IMG/VR virus record: IMGVR_UViG_3300042894_007218
DNA from: an uncultured virus (IMG/VR IMGVR_UViG_3300042894_007218)
Taxonomy: Duplodnaviria > Heunggongvirae > Uroviricota > Caudoviricetes
Reading direction: 5' to 3' (one strand)
DNA length: 64,000 nucleotides
Shown here: positions 21,501-30,487 of the stretch, piece by piece
Layout of the letters: every line of letters begins with the position of its first letter
How positions within the stretch are numbered: the first letter of the stretch is position 1
Made by a program: the position numbers and the translations under genes
The notes under the pieces: model-generated
Told to the model about the DNA's origin: nothing
Seen by the model: the letters and a program-made list of their open reading frames with translations, nothing else
Database searches by the model: none

Positions 21501-21696
21501 AGTTTTTATTAGTATAAAAATCTCTATATAGAAAACTTGATGGATTAGAAATAGTTGGTTCTTTCCAGATTAGTGTTGCTAAACCTGTTGTTGGAAAAGT
21601 TGATTTGACACTAAGCGCGGTTGCGCCGGAAACATTTGAGTTTTCCCAGTTAAAATTAATTGAAGGAATTATTAATCCAGAACTATACCATGCCAT
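18544..21696 (-). CDS. Large virion structural protein with GxW repeats
   Basis: 1050 aa; GKFKSGIWENGVWNNGW, HGLAVGDVITI; AATATATA upstream. Confidence 0.55.
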   Translation of the reverse strand: MAWYSSGLIIPSINFNWENSNVSGATALSVKSTFPTTGLATLIWKEPTISNPSSFLYRDFYTNKNYLFKTTIRKFDYITTGMSFSISPAWPDRFSINVVTSPLPTSTTMYFHSSPSTQVFSSNYAIYRANGLFGTATSLTNAPGVSGIEISELNWKVQGFMLADDGQINTVGTTSHTLGWRYIDSTTQSAYLWFDDDTSSNYPVGGLNETKFSDSVFRENNYLTKFVNFQFFNFYFNYEKISGGLTDGIEIYVSNDAPPISTATASIVSYKNSSTLLGEITDSGQIDASFFGIQGSRYITIIGSKSATQSLIVLSNMNIEGGYHPGNNDLYSMTLPNITTNLTNATYSAFVGNGNTINATSSLVINKIYSKIGNGKFKSGIWENGVWNNGWREDEVAKDFDDIDLSIRSVSDSRWRWRMIGPSTSVQEFAVGDIVSIGNIVAIDINEDRKLFKSSLQIIAASASGINDRIGYITVESDTTFPYLRIERDSKFHKIKVTKNIWLSGAFLNGYFTGVWNYGLFRGYPLITAMNDTHWIDGKFEGGHFKSTNVTIPPFVDTVYSDAKVGLTFSIPHGLAVGDVITIDKDIKSINPQYDGETTVIEVPHNTLVVTDLDWGQNSNNETGEITVQNASGVIQNMNFKSSNISKATSNQSLEPDTVFIYNSWMDLYYDETSASNVGKPQTLINSVSDKSYAENNLYGYVTNDVLSSSSNFRDSFSVTFRNYKLGTKYKTFGDYIGDSSSFENYFNPAGTNSNAQTFLDQGWTYSWSSPVSITFSRTTDIGQQLITGKELKVESIGSGGILDIQNPTFNVNNRLNSEIEKNRYTIIEFDLVTYSVNNTEYENTQNPYTFGKFSGFKGANVIEPVIHFNNVNYITREITWPAGLYNTQIASTFLPVYQNINFLETPKIRKVEYFYNKRHLAMHFRGSGLYGASQSSFVIDNLNLYEVDMIPFFKYFTSETINVGVQVPLQGIAPFIDYSDSNFVFLDNINIGLDSFDVTQQYDLYTGVGAGIGSSVGGVGSSVGGVSIASSLEATGIFETPQEITLFGG

Positions 21697-21700
21697 TAAT

Positions 21701-24700
21701 CTATATATTTATTTTTTCAAATTCTACATCAATTATAGAATAATTAACCATGTATCTGCCTATACTGTCTTTTGTTAATGCTACCTCAAATTGTGTGTTT
21801 AATAGTTCTTGCGCAACTACACCTCTATATTTTTGAACATCACCCTTATAATTAAATTCATAAATATTAAGTCCTGATGGTGATTTTCCAATTTGTACAA
21901 TATTTTCTTTCATAGTTATATCAGAGAATATAGGACTTGGTGCCGGGATTTGTGCTTCTTCCGTAATTAATCCACTAATAACAGAATTAGTTGAAGATTG
22001 TATTGTTGCTTCATTGTCAGTAGTATCCTGAAAAATATTCCAAAGATGACAATTTTGAGTCGATGACCAGCTCATACCTCTATAAAGAATTTCTAGTGTG
22101 AATGGATCTGTAACACCACTGTCGTAAGTAAAATAAGAGCCATACCAGTTGCCGTTTCTCCAAAGTCCATCTTCCCAGAAAACATTAAATGCGTTCATAT
22201 AGTTTGAAACACCGGATTTGAAAATCATTCCATAAGCTGTTCCAATTATAAATTTACCGTCTTGAAACTCTGATATGTAAAAATCACCACCATCAAAATT
22301 TCCATTTTCCCAGTAACAAGAAGTGTCATCCAAATTAAAAGTAGGCGTAGAGCTTCCTCCTCTTTTAACATAAGGATTAAATGAGCTATTTGTCATTTTA
22401 CCTCTTTCGAATGCACCACTTAACCACACCGAATTCCTCATATCAACTCTTGGGTGTGAAAAAGTACCAGATTCCCAAAGCATATCTTGCATTTTAAATA
22501 TTGGTTTTAATCCTTTATAACTTTTTGAACTTATTAGTTCGGTGAATATTTTTTCTTGTGTAGCATATTTATCTTTCATATCACTTACAAAACCAGTTCT
22601 CCAGTAGCCATAAAAACCACCTATAAATGAATCTACAAAGTCTGATGCATTAGAGCTTGATAAACCACCGGTAGCTGTCAAACCACTTCCATAAAAGTCA
22701 CCGCCTGTAAAGACACCATCATTCCAAAGTCTTCCTTTAAATACACCTCCATTAAAATCACCTCCATACCAAGTGGAGTTTGTAGCTGTGTCTGCTGTTC
22801 CAAATTCACCACCGTTGAAAGTACCATCTTCCCAGGTATAATCTTCTTTTGTAGTAGAGCTGCTCATGGTCCATCCAAAACCAGATAAGAATTTACCACC
22901 GTTAAAAATTCCTTCTTTCCATCTGGCGTTTGAGATAAACTGTCCATTATTAAACACACCATCATACCAAATTGCAACATTTGACGCTGTTGTTTGTAAC
23001 ATATCTGAACCAAAAACTCCTGCATTAAAAATTCCATTTTTCCAATTTATGTTAGCTTGAGTTGATTGATAATGACTTGTGTCAATTGCATAAAACGTTG
23101 CATTTTCTACAGTTGTGTAACTTACTGTTGCGTTGTAAACATGTGTATCTGCTGATTGTATCGAGTCTTCTCCAATAATACCACCTGATATAGTTCCTCC
23201 ATAAAATTTAGAAAAATAAAATTTACCATTTTTAAACTCACCCTCTTCCCAGTCACTTTTATAAAATTCACCATCTAAGAAAGTACCATTTTGCCAAGAG
23301 TATCTATCATTTGCTAAAATTAAATCTGTTGGTCCTTCTGTCCAATAGTTTTTAGTTCTTTCTGTATAGTAGTGTGGATAAGATGCCGTTGCTGAATTGT
23401 TAAAACTTTTTGAATTATAAAAAGTTCCGTTTTTAAATGTACCATTCATCCATCTTCCTTGTTTAAATACACCATTAGAGAATGTTGGTCCATTCCAGAT
23501 AGAGTTAAATATAATACCACCAACTTGTAAATCACTTCCGGTCACAAATGATGAATTCATATAAGTTGCTTTTGATAAAATATTTCCGTTATTTGAAAAT
23601 AAAGTATCAGAAATTAGTAGTTCTCTTATTCCTTCTAAGTTTACAAAATCTTTATCTGTCTCTGTATATTCTTCGTCATCTATTAAGTTTCCACTAAGAT
23701 ATGATCTTCTAAAAATACCAGATTTTATTTTTGATTTTTCAAATTTCGCTTTGTAGATATAACCCCATCTGTTATAAGTATCGGTTGTGTAAGCTAATCC
23801 ATTATTAAGTAATGATTGTATTACACTGAATGAACCTGTAACAATTTCTTGAAGTGTCAATACGCCTAATGTGTTTGAAGTAATTTTATATGTATCTGGA
23901 AGTCTTGTTACAGAACCTGTAATTGATAGAACTATTATTTCACCATCAAAGTTACCTCCGCTAATTACAACAGTATCTCCTATTTCATAGCCTAAACCAC
24001 CATATGAAACAGTGGCTACGTCAATTCCACCAGCTGTGCTATCAATATCTAGAATTAGTCCTGTTCCTGATCCACCACTTGCAGTAAGACCTGTAGATGT
24101 TGTATATCCTGAACCAGTTGCACTGATTGTGAATGAATCTATTCTACCGGCTGTATCATAATCTACGGCATTTAAGTAAACGACATTACCTGGGTTTAAA
24201 CAATTTTCACCAGCTTCTACAAAGAATTGGTCATAAAGTGTAGTAATAATTAAAGACTGACTTGAGGTAGCAACGGTTATATTGTAATATTTACCTATTG
24301 CTGGATTTGTAGTCATATTTACATCATTGTTATAATTCATATGATAACCTGAATTCCAGTTAGATGTTTCAAATAAACCACTTTCAAAGTCTGAATCTAA
24401 TATCCAAGCTCCGCTAACATCTATGATATTACCCAATGAAGTTGACATTGTTAGTGAAGATGTACCAGTTGATGTTGTGTCTGAATTAAAATTTAATCCA
24501 GGAATTTGTAGATTTAATTTATCATTCGTTGAAAAAACAATATCAATTGAATATTTTTGATTGGAGCTAGTTGCTACTATAACTGTACCACCTGATAAAT
24601 AGTTATTATATTGATAATAGTTATCAGCCGGTGACGATAAGAATGCGCCTACTTCAAATCCTCTTTTATAGAATGAATAAGTAGGAGATAAATCATCAAA

Positions 24701-26359
24701 GTATTCAGTCCACGAAGAAAATCTAAATCTCTTATCAAAAATATTTAAAGGATAGTTTGAGTTATTGTTGAATTTTAAACCTTTGAAATAAAATCTATCT
24801 CTTAATTTAAGTCTTTGATAACTTGATTGACTTATGTAGAATTTGTAAACTTTATGAGATGCACCAGTAAATGAAGGAATAAGATTGTAGTTAAATTCAT
24901 CATATCCTAAAATTTTGATTATATTATCACTTAAATAAGTTGAGTCTTTAATAATTGATAATCTGAAATTTGAATTTATTGATTTTATATTTTTAAAATA
25001 GGTATTTATTGCTCTGGTATTTTTTAATTCGGCGTTATTAATAAAACCTCCTAAAAATCTACAGCTTTCAAAACTTGCATTCTGAACTTGATTATCATAT
25101 GAAGTTGTAGCTGAAATTAAATAGTTTTCAATCAGTGAATAAGTTGGTGTTTGACCTATTATTGTATCAATTATTGTTCCGTTAACTATTGTTGAATTAA
25201 GTAATTCTGATGATATAATAAAATTATAACCTTTTCCATTGTTATTTGGCCCTGTTACTTTTTGAGACGGTAATCCATAAGTATCAAACTCGGTTACAAA
25301 ACTTTCTGGTTGAGTAAATTTAGAATCAATAACTCCAGTAAGCCATTTTGTATTAAGTAAAGTTCCATTATTCCACTTTGCTGTGCCACCTTCCCAATTA
25401 ATTCTTTTATTTGATGTTCCGAATAAACCAGTATTCCAAATACCTTTGAAATTACCATCTCTAAAGTTGGTTTTTGTAATAATTGATTTGTTATAAGTAG
25501 TATCGTTAATCCAAGTTGAATAAGTCCCAGCAATAGCATCTGGCTCTGGTGCCATATCCCAAACATAAATATAATCTTCTTTAAATTCTACTACAGACGG
25601 TCCAATAGAGTATGTAAATGTGTAGTTGTGAACTTTTATTTTATTTGATGAATACGTTGCTGAAAGTGCAATTGAAAAAGAACCTGATGTAAACTGTGAT
25701 GTAATATTTGTCCAACTGTAAGTTCCATTTTTTACATAAAAACCAGGACTACCTGTTAGACCAAGTGTTTCACCCCAACCAATTTCTGGTAGATAATCTT
25801 GATCAGCATAAATTACGTTGTTATTGTAAGGATTAAATTTATAATCAAATATTCCATTTTTTGTTGTTACTTGTCTATTGGCATGTTGAAAATCTTGTTT
25901 GTTTCTTATGTAATATACATTTACAAAATCATCTTGATTATGTTCATTGTAAGGTAGAACTCCTGTATAGTCGATGTCTAAAACAACAGCACATCTATCA
26001 ATATAAAGTATTTTATAACCATCTCTTCCCTTTTTATATTTGTCCTTTTTAATTAATTCATTGCTATCATAGTTTCCATTTATAATAAAAACTCTATCAC
26101 CAACTTTTAATCCGGAATTTACCTCTGTGTAAAATAGTGATTTTACCATACCGGTAATTGTATATGGCTCAACCCAATTTAAAAGTCTTGGACTAAAACT
26201 CTTATACAAACTTTCTGATGAAGTAAGTAGTTGAACCGGATCTTCTCCGACTAAATTATTAGTGCTAAAATTTCCAGTTGATACTGATGGATTCTCAGCA
26301 GGTGATACTAATATTGGTTTTTTGAAGAAAGGTTTTTTAATTGCCAGTGGTTTTAACAT
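21701..26359 (-). CDS. Large tail/virion protein with GxW/GxF repeats and C-terminal intramolecular chaperone (peptidase S74-like) domain
   Basis: 1552 aa; C-terminal FSDITMKENI...IYEFNY...YRGVVAQEL...VNYS; ..G.GY..GD fibre repeats. Confidence 0.7.
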   Translation of the reverse strand: MLKPLAIKKPFFKKPILVSPAENPSVSTGNFSTNNLVGEDPVQLLTSSESLYKSFSPRLLNWVEPYTITGMVKSLFYTEVNSGLKVGDRVFIINGNYDSNELIKKDKYKKGRDGYKILYIDRCAVVLDIDYTGVLPYNEHNQDDFVNVYYIRNKQDFQHANRQVTTKNGIFDYKFNPYNNNVIYADQDYLPEIGWGETLGLTGSPGFYVKNGTYSWTNITSQFTSGSFSIALSATYSSNKIKVHNYTFTYSIGPSVVEFKEDYIYVWDMAPEPDAIAGTYSTWINDTTYNKSIITKTNFRDGNFKGIWNTGLFGTSNKRINWEGGTAKWNNGTLLNTKWLTGVIDSKFTQPESFVTEFDTYGLPSQKVTGPNNNGKGYNFIISSELLNSTIVNGTIIDTIIGQTPTYSLIENYLISATTSYDNQVQNASFESCRFLGGFINNAELKNTRAINTYFKNIKSINSNFRLSIIKDSTYLSDNIIKILGYDEFNYNLIPSFTGASHKVYKFYISQSSYQRLKLRDRFYFKGLKFNNNSNYPLNIFDKRFRFSSWTEYFDDLSPTYSFYKRGFEVGAFLSSPADNYYQYNNYLSGGTVIVATSSNQKYSIDIVFSTNDKLNLQIPGLNFNSDTTSTGTSSLTMSTSLGNIIDVSGAWILDSDFESGLFETSNWNSGYHMNYNNDVNMTTNPAIGKYYNITVATSSQSLIITTLYDQFFVEAGENCLNPGNVVYLNAVDYDTAGRIDSFTISATGSGYTTSTGLTASGGSGTGLILDIDSTAGGIDVATVSYGGLGYEIGDTVVISGGNFDGEIIVLSITGSVTRLPDTYKITSNTLGVLTLQEIVTGSFSVIQSLLNNGLAYTTDTYNRWGYIYKAKFEKSKIKSGIFRRSYLSGNLIDDEEYTETDKDFVNLEGIRELLISDTLFSNNGNILSKATYMNSSFVTGSDLQVGGIIFNSIWNGPTFSNGVFKQGRWMNGTFKNGTFYNSKSFNNSATASYPHYYTERTKNYWTEGPTDLILANDRYSWQNGTFLDGEFYKSDWEEGEFKNGKFYFSKFYGGTISGGIIGEDSIQSADTHVYNATVSYTTVENATFYAIDTSHYQSTQANINWKNGIFNAGVFGSDMLQTTASNVAIWYDGVFNNGQFISNARWKEGIFNGGKFLSGFGWTMSSSTTKEDYTWEDGTFNGGEFGTADTATNSTWYGGDFNGGVFKGRLWNDGVFTGGDFYGSGLTATGGLSSSNASDFVDSFIGGFYGYWRTGFVSDMKDKYATQEKIFTELISSKSYKGLKPIFKMQDMLWESGTFSHPRVDMRNSVWLSGAFERGKMTNSSFNPYVKRGGSSTPTFNLDDTSCYWENGNFDGGDFYISEFQDGKFIIGTAYGMIFKSGVSNYMNAFNVFWEDGLWRNGNWYGSYFTYDSGVTDPFTLEILYRGMSWSSTQNCHLWNIFQDTTDNEATIQSSTNSVISGLITEEAQIPAPSPIFSDITMKENIVQIGKSPSGLNIYEFNYKGDVQKYRGVVAQELLNTQFEVALTKDSIGRYMVNYSIIDVEFEKINI

Positions 26360-26429
26360 CTAGATGAAAAAAGTTTTATTATATATTAATTTTTAAAGAG
26401 TTTCTATAGGTTATCAAACTTAATTTAAC

Positions 26430-26437
26430 TATATTTG
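26430..26437 (+). promoter_or_regulatory. Bacteroidota sigma-A -7 element (TAnnTTTG)
   Basis: TATATTTG upstream of the sirtuin gene; no clear -33 box. Confidence 0.5.
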
Positions 26438-26446
26438 TAAAATAGT

Positions 26447-27157
26447 ATGCAAAAGAAGAAAATTTTAATATTTACCGGAGCTGGAGTATCAGCTGAAAGT
26501 GGTGTTGCTACATTCAGAACTGGTGATGATGGTTTGTGGTATAATCATAAAGTAGAAGATGTTGCTACTCCAGATGGTTGGCGTAGAAATAAAGAAAAGG
26601 TTCTTGATTTCTATAACATGAGACGTGCTCAAATGAAAGATGTTGAGCCTAATTTAGCACATCAAATAATTGTAGATTTAGAAAAAGACTTTGATGTTAC
26701 CGTTGTAACACAAAATGTAGACAATCTACACGAAAGAGCGGGTTCTACTAAAGTCATACATTTACATGGTGAATTGACTAAGGTGAGGTCCACTTTAGAT
26801 CCTACTTTAATTTATGATTGGGTTGATGATTGTAATTTAGGAGATAAGTGTGAAAAGGGTTCTCAGTTAAGACCACATATTGTTTGGTTTGGTGAAAATT
26901 TAAATCCTAAATTCATTGAAAGGTCCGAAGAAGTGGCTCGTGAATGTGATATTTGTGTCATTGTAGGAACTTCTATGAAAGTGTCACCTGCAAATGAAAT
27001 TCCATTTTTGACAAAAGAGAAATGTCAAATTTTTTATATTGATCCCAATGATGTTGATTTTTATGTTCCTGAGTTCAGAGGTCGGTATTTTAATCATATT
27101 AAAGAAGTTGCTTCAGTTGGAATGGAAAAAGTTAAAAACGATTTAATAAATTTATAA
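26447..27157 (+). CDS. cobB: Sir2/CobB NAD-dependent deacylase
   Basis: TGAGVSAESG..TFR, TQNVDNLHERAGS, HLHG, RPHIVWFGE, VGTS. Confidence 0.92.
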   Translation: MQKKKILIFTGAGVSAESGVATFRTGDDGLWYNHKVEDVATPDGWRRNKEKVLDFYNMRRAQMKDVEPNLAHQIIVDLEKDFDVTVVTQNVDNLHERAGSTKVIHLHGELTKVRSTLDPTLIYDWVDDCNLGDKCEKGSQLRPHIVWFGENLNPKFIERSEEVARECDICVIVGTSMKVSPANEIPFLTKEKCQIFYIDPNDVDFYVPEFRGRYFNHIKEVASVGMEKVKNDLINL

Positions 27158-27159
27158 TT

Positions 27160-27357
27160 ATGAAAAATAAATACGGTAACTATTATGATGTAAATGATGT
27201 CTCCATAGATTATGGTCAGTATATTGATATTAATGAATACATGAGTGAATATTATAATAACTGGTCCGAGACTAAACCATCAGAAACCGAAGATGAAAGA
27301 ACAGCTCGTGAAAAAGCTGAAAAGAGGAATGATAAAATTGACCAAATCTTAGGATAA
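27160..27357 (+). CDS. Small hypothetical protein, C-terminal RNDKIDQILG motif
   Basis: 65 aa ORF in operon. Confidence 0.55.
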   Translation: MKNKYGNYYDVNDVSIDYGQYIDINEYMSEYYNNWSETKPSETEDERTAREKAEKRNDKIDQILG

Positions 27358-27926
27358 TGGAGTGGTTAATTGCTTTTTCTATAGTATTACCATTTTTTTT
27401 GATATTTCTATCAATTCCTTCTTGGGTAGCTATTTACAAAATAGGTTTGAAAGAATATATCAAAAGATGGAAGTCTATTTCTTTACTTAAAAAAGGTTTA
27501 ATTTTATCTTACAAAATAGAGAAAAATCAAACCTTAAATTACAATTATCCTAATGGTAAAGTTAAGACAGTTACTTCTAAAGTTGTAGATTATTATTACC
27601 CAATCTTTAAAGATAGTGATGTTATAATAGTTCAAAGTTCTGAAAGTTCTTTCTCAACAACTCGACTCCGTAACATAAATATGCTCCTCGTACATGTTTT
27701 ATTTAATCGCAAAGTTGATGGTAGATGGATTGAAAATACAACCGAACTTAAAACTAGTCAATGTCCTTGGCAACAGTTGTGGATTGATATGGTTAAAAAG
27801 AAATTGATTAAATTAAGAGAAACTTCTATAAAATTAGAAAATGTGAATAAATTAGAAGAAGTTATTTATTCTGATTTATTAGAAATAGATAGAGATAACA
27901 AAATTAATTTGATATTAAATGAATAA
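27357..27926 (+). CDS. Membrane-anchored hypothetical protein, C-terminal RDNKINLILNE motif
   Basis: N-terminal hydrophobic helix; 189 aa. Confidence 0.55.
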   Translation: MEWLIAFSIVLPFFLIFLSIPSWVAIYKIGLKEYIKRWKSISLLKKGLILSYKIEKNQTLNYNYPNGKVKTVTSKVVDYYYPIFKDSDVIIVQSSESSFSTTRLRNINMLLVHVLFNRKVDGRWIENTTELKTSQCPWQQLWIDMVKKKLIKLRETSIKLENVNKLEEVIYSDLLEIDRDNKINLILNE

Positions 27927-28107
27927 AGAAACTTTAGACATTTTTGGTAAAATGCTTTCTGGTAAAAAACAGATTATTTTAGGTAAGTCTCGACAAACTG
28001 GTACTAGTTGGACTAGTTCTTCTTTAGCTGCCTGGAGACATATTCATGAAAAATACGAAAGAGCTCAATGTAGAAGAGAAAAAATAAAAAAAATATTTAA
28101 TAATTAA
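27919..28107 (+). CDS. Small hypothetical protein with KSRQTGTS segment and C-terminal REKIKKIF motif
   Basis: 62 aa ORF ending at a terminator. Confidence 0.5.
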   Translation: MNKETLDIFGKMLSGKKQIILGKSRQTGTSWTSSSLAAWRHIHEKYERAQCRREKIKKIFNN

Positions 28108-28138
28108 AAAAACCTCTCAAATTTTGAGAGGTTTTTTT
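28106..28138. terminator. Bidirectional intrinsic terminator
   Basis: A7-cctctcaa-att-ttgagagg-T7 between convergent genes. Confidence 0.85.
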
Positions 28139-28139
28139 A

Positions 28140-28724
28140 TTATTTTTTAAATCCACCTTTTGCTGTTTTTTGGTACCCAAAATACATTATGAACCAATAG
28201 CCATGTTGTTGTTCAAATCTATAAACCATTTCAGGATACTTTTCTTTTATCATATTGGAAAGTTCGACTCCTAATTTATTCGCATATTCCACTGTTTCTG
28301 GACCTTCTGTAAAATTTTGTCCAAATTTGCGTGTAATTTCTTTTCCATCTTTTTGTAAAATTTTCTCCACTTCATTTCCCGGAACAGCAACCATCACAAA
28401 TTCTTCTTTTTCATTGATGTGTAATTTTACAGGAACAGAACCAAACTCACCAGTTGAGACTTTATTAATTGTTGATTGTTCTCTATCACCACCTTTCCAC
28501 TGATAAGCATTCTTTTTATTAGGACCAACAGACAATCCGGATTTAACCATACCTTTGTCTGCTAATTCTTTTAATTTCTGATCAGATATTTTTTCTTCAA
28601 TTTCAACAGGAAATCCTTTGCTTTTAAAGAAAGAGTACATTTGTTTAGACATTTGTTTTAATTCTAAAATATCTTCTTTAATTAACTCATAATTAAAATT
28701 TTCAAATAATTTAATATGTTTCAT
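28140..28724 (-). CDS. Hypothetical protein with MKHIKLFENF N-terminal motif
   Basis: 194 aa; AATATATA upstream. Confidence 0.6.
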   Translation of the reverse strand: MKHIKLFENFNYELIKEDILELKQMSKQMYSFFKSKGFPVEIEEKISDQKLKELADKGMVKSGLSVGPNKKNAYQWKGGDREQSTINKVSTGEFGSVPVKLHINEKEEFVMVAVPGNEVEKILQKDGKEITRKFGQNFTEGPETVEYANKLGVELSNMIKEKYPEMVYRFEQQHGYWFIMYFGYQKTAKGGFKK

Positions 28725-28801
28725 ATTTTTATTTTATTTTCTGATTTATATATTAAACTTTTACAATCAATTTTTATATTATCAATATCAAATTTTAAAT
28801 T

Positions 28802-29722
28802 ATGGCACAAATAGAAATTAATGTAAGTGGTAGAATTCCAAAGTATTTTTTTGGAGTATTAAGAGAAGAGTATAGAGATGAAGTAAAAGAAGCTCTTCAA
28901 TATTGTAATGAAGATGTAGAAACGGAAAATGATTTTTTAAATTTAATTTTTTCTCTTACTTTAGATGGTTGGGGTGATCCTCAAGAAGATCTTTTTAATG
29001 CAATTAGTAAAGAAGATTTAGAAAAACTTCCAAAATTTAATGAATTAGTAAATGATTTTATTGAAAATGGTGGTAGTCATTTTGAAATGATAGATTGTCT
29101 TTTTGATAATCCTGATTTAAGTAAATACGGATCTTACTATGGTATATCTTTCTTTGAAGATGATGCTCAAATTTCTGTTTTAGTAGATGATGAAACTGTG
29201 ATAGAAGAAACTTCTCTTAAAGAATTTTATAATGGTGAGACATTTTGGGCTGAGGAAGTAGAAGAAGGAACAGAAGAATACAATGATGTTCAAAGAATAA
29301 ATGAATTTAAATCAGCAAATTCTGACTTTGGTTTTGACGCAGAAGATGATTACTATAACTGGAATAAAAATGAATCGGGTGCTACATTTCTTTCTTGTGA
29401 ATTGATGTATCCTGAATTAGAGGAATTTACAGAATCACACCCAAGAGAAGAACAAGTAACTATTTATTTTGATGATATAACTACTTGGTCTTTTTATATC
29501 GATACTGAAGATGAAGAGTTTGATATGAAGAATTTAACTTTTGTGAGCTATCCGGGAGCTGAAGAGTTTAGAAATAGTGCTTGTGATATAGTTTTCAGTC
29601 ATCTTTTCTATAAAAATGAACTTATTCAACCAGATGAGAACTGGATTAGAGATAAGGGAATTACACTTATATATGGTGAAAGTAGAGGATTGGATAGATT
29701 GGATTTTTTCCTTCATGGATAA
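28802..29722 (+). CDS. Highly acidic hypothetical protein
   Basis: 306 aa, strongly D/E-rich. Confidence 0.6.
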   Translation: MAQIEINVSGRIPKYFFGVLREEYRDEVKEALQYCNEDVETENDFLNLIFSLTLDGWGDPQEDLFNAISKEDLEKLPKFNELVNDFIENGGSHFEMIDCLFDNPDLSKYGSYYGISFFEDDAQISVLVDDETVIEETSLKEFYNGETFWAEEVEEGTEEYNDVQRINEFKSANSDFGFDAEDDYYNWNKNESGATFLSCELMYPELEEFTESHPREEQVTIYFDDITTWSFYIDTEDEEFDMKNLTFVSYPGAEEFRNSACDIVFSHLFYKNELIQPDENWIRDKGITLIYGESRGLDRLDFFLHG

Positions 29723-29723
29723 C

Positions 29724-29757
29724 AAAAAAAAAGAGGTCTAATGACCTCTTTTTTTTT
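29724..29757. terminator. Bidirectional intrinsic terminator
   Basis: A-tract-gaggtc-taat-gacctc-T-tract between convergent genes. Confidence 0.85.
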
Positions 29758-29761
29758 GTTT

Positions 29762-30487
29762 TTAGTAATTCATAATTATATACTCTGTTCCCATTATAGT
29801 TTTTTTATATTCAAATCTACAATTAGGATATAATTCTTCTATACCATCGAAGTAATAATAAGAAAGAGCAAATCTTCCTTTTATGTTATTTAATATATCT
29901 GCTAATTCATAATGTGATTTCTCATTAAAATCGTGATTAATATAATATTTTTCTTTACCCATATATGGTGGATCTAAATAAAAGAATGTTTCTTTCGAAT
30001 CGTACTTATTAATTATTTCTTTATAATCTAAGTTTAATATTTCTGATATTTTATCGAGGTGTGGTTTATATGCTCGCCATTTTAATTTAAAAACTTCAAA
30101 TTCAACATCACCTCTCCAAGAGTTTTGGCCAATACTATTAGGAGCAGAACAGGTTAGTGTGACAAGCCAATTTATTGCTTTAGTCATATTATCTGTTTCT
30201 GTAAATATTTCTTTTATAGACTTTTCGTAATAATCTTTGTCAACCGTGATTCCTTTAACAATTTCAATAAATCTTCTATCATTTTTTAGCAAATTGAAAA
30301 GATTGTAGTTTAAGTAATTTACATCGTTATAGATAAATTTGACACCTCTGTATTTGCTAAAATCTAAAGAAAAGAAAACTCCAAACATTCCAGAAAAGGG
30401 TTCTACATAAGTAGAAATATCTTTTGGAATATTTGGAGTTATAAAACTAGCAAATTTTGACTTCTCACCTAAATAAGGTATCAACAT
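29762..30487 (-). CDS. D12-class (Dam-like) DNA adenine methyltransferase
   Basis: PYLGEK, YVEPFSG, YNDVN, FFYLDPPY, FALSY. Confidence 0.88.
   Translation of the reverse strand: MLIPYLGEKSKFASFITPNIPKDISTYVEPFSGMFGVFFSLDFSKYRGVKFIYNDVNYLNYNLFNLLKNDRRFIEIVKGITVDKDYYEKSIKEIFTETDNMTKAINWLVTLTCSAPNSIGQNSWRGDVEFEVFKLKWRAYKPHLDKISEILNLDYKEIINKYDSKETFFYLDPPYMGKEKYYINHDFNEKSHYELADILNNIKGRFALSYYYFDGIEELYPNCRFEYKKTIMGTEYIIMNY

Noticed and set aside
26447..27157. Sir2 as a Thoeris/DSR-type defence NADase
   Set aside because: Sequence matches stand-alone CobB-type deacylases with no fused or adjacent defence partner.
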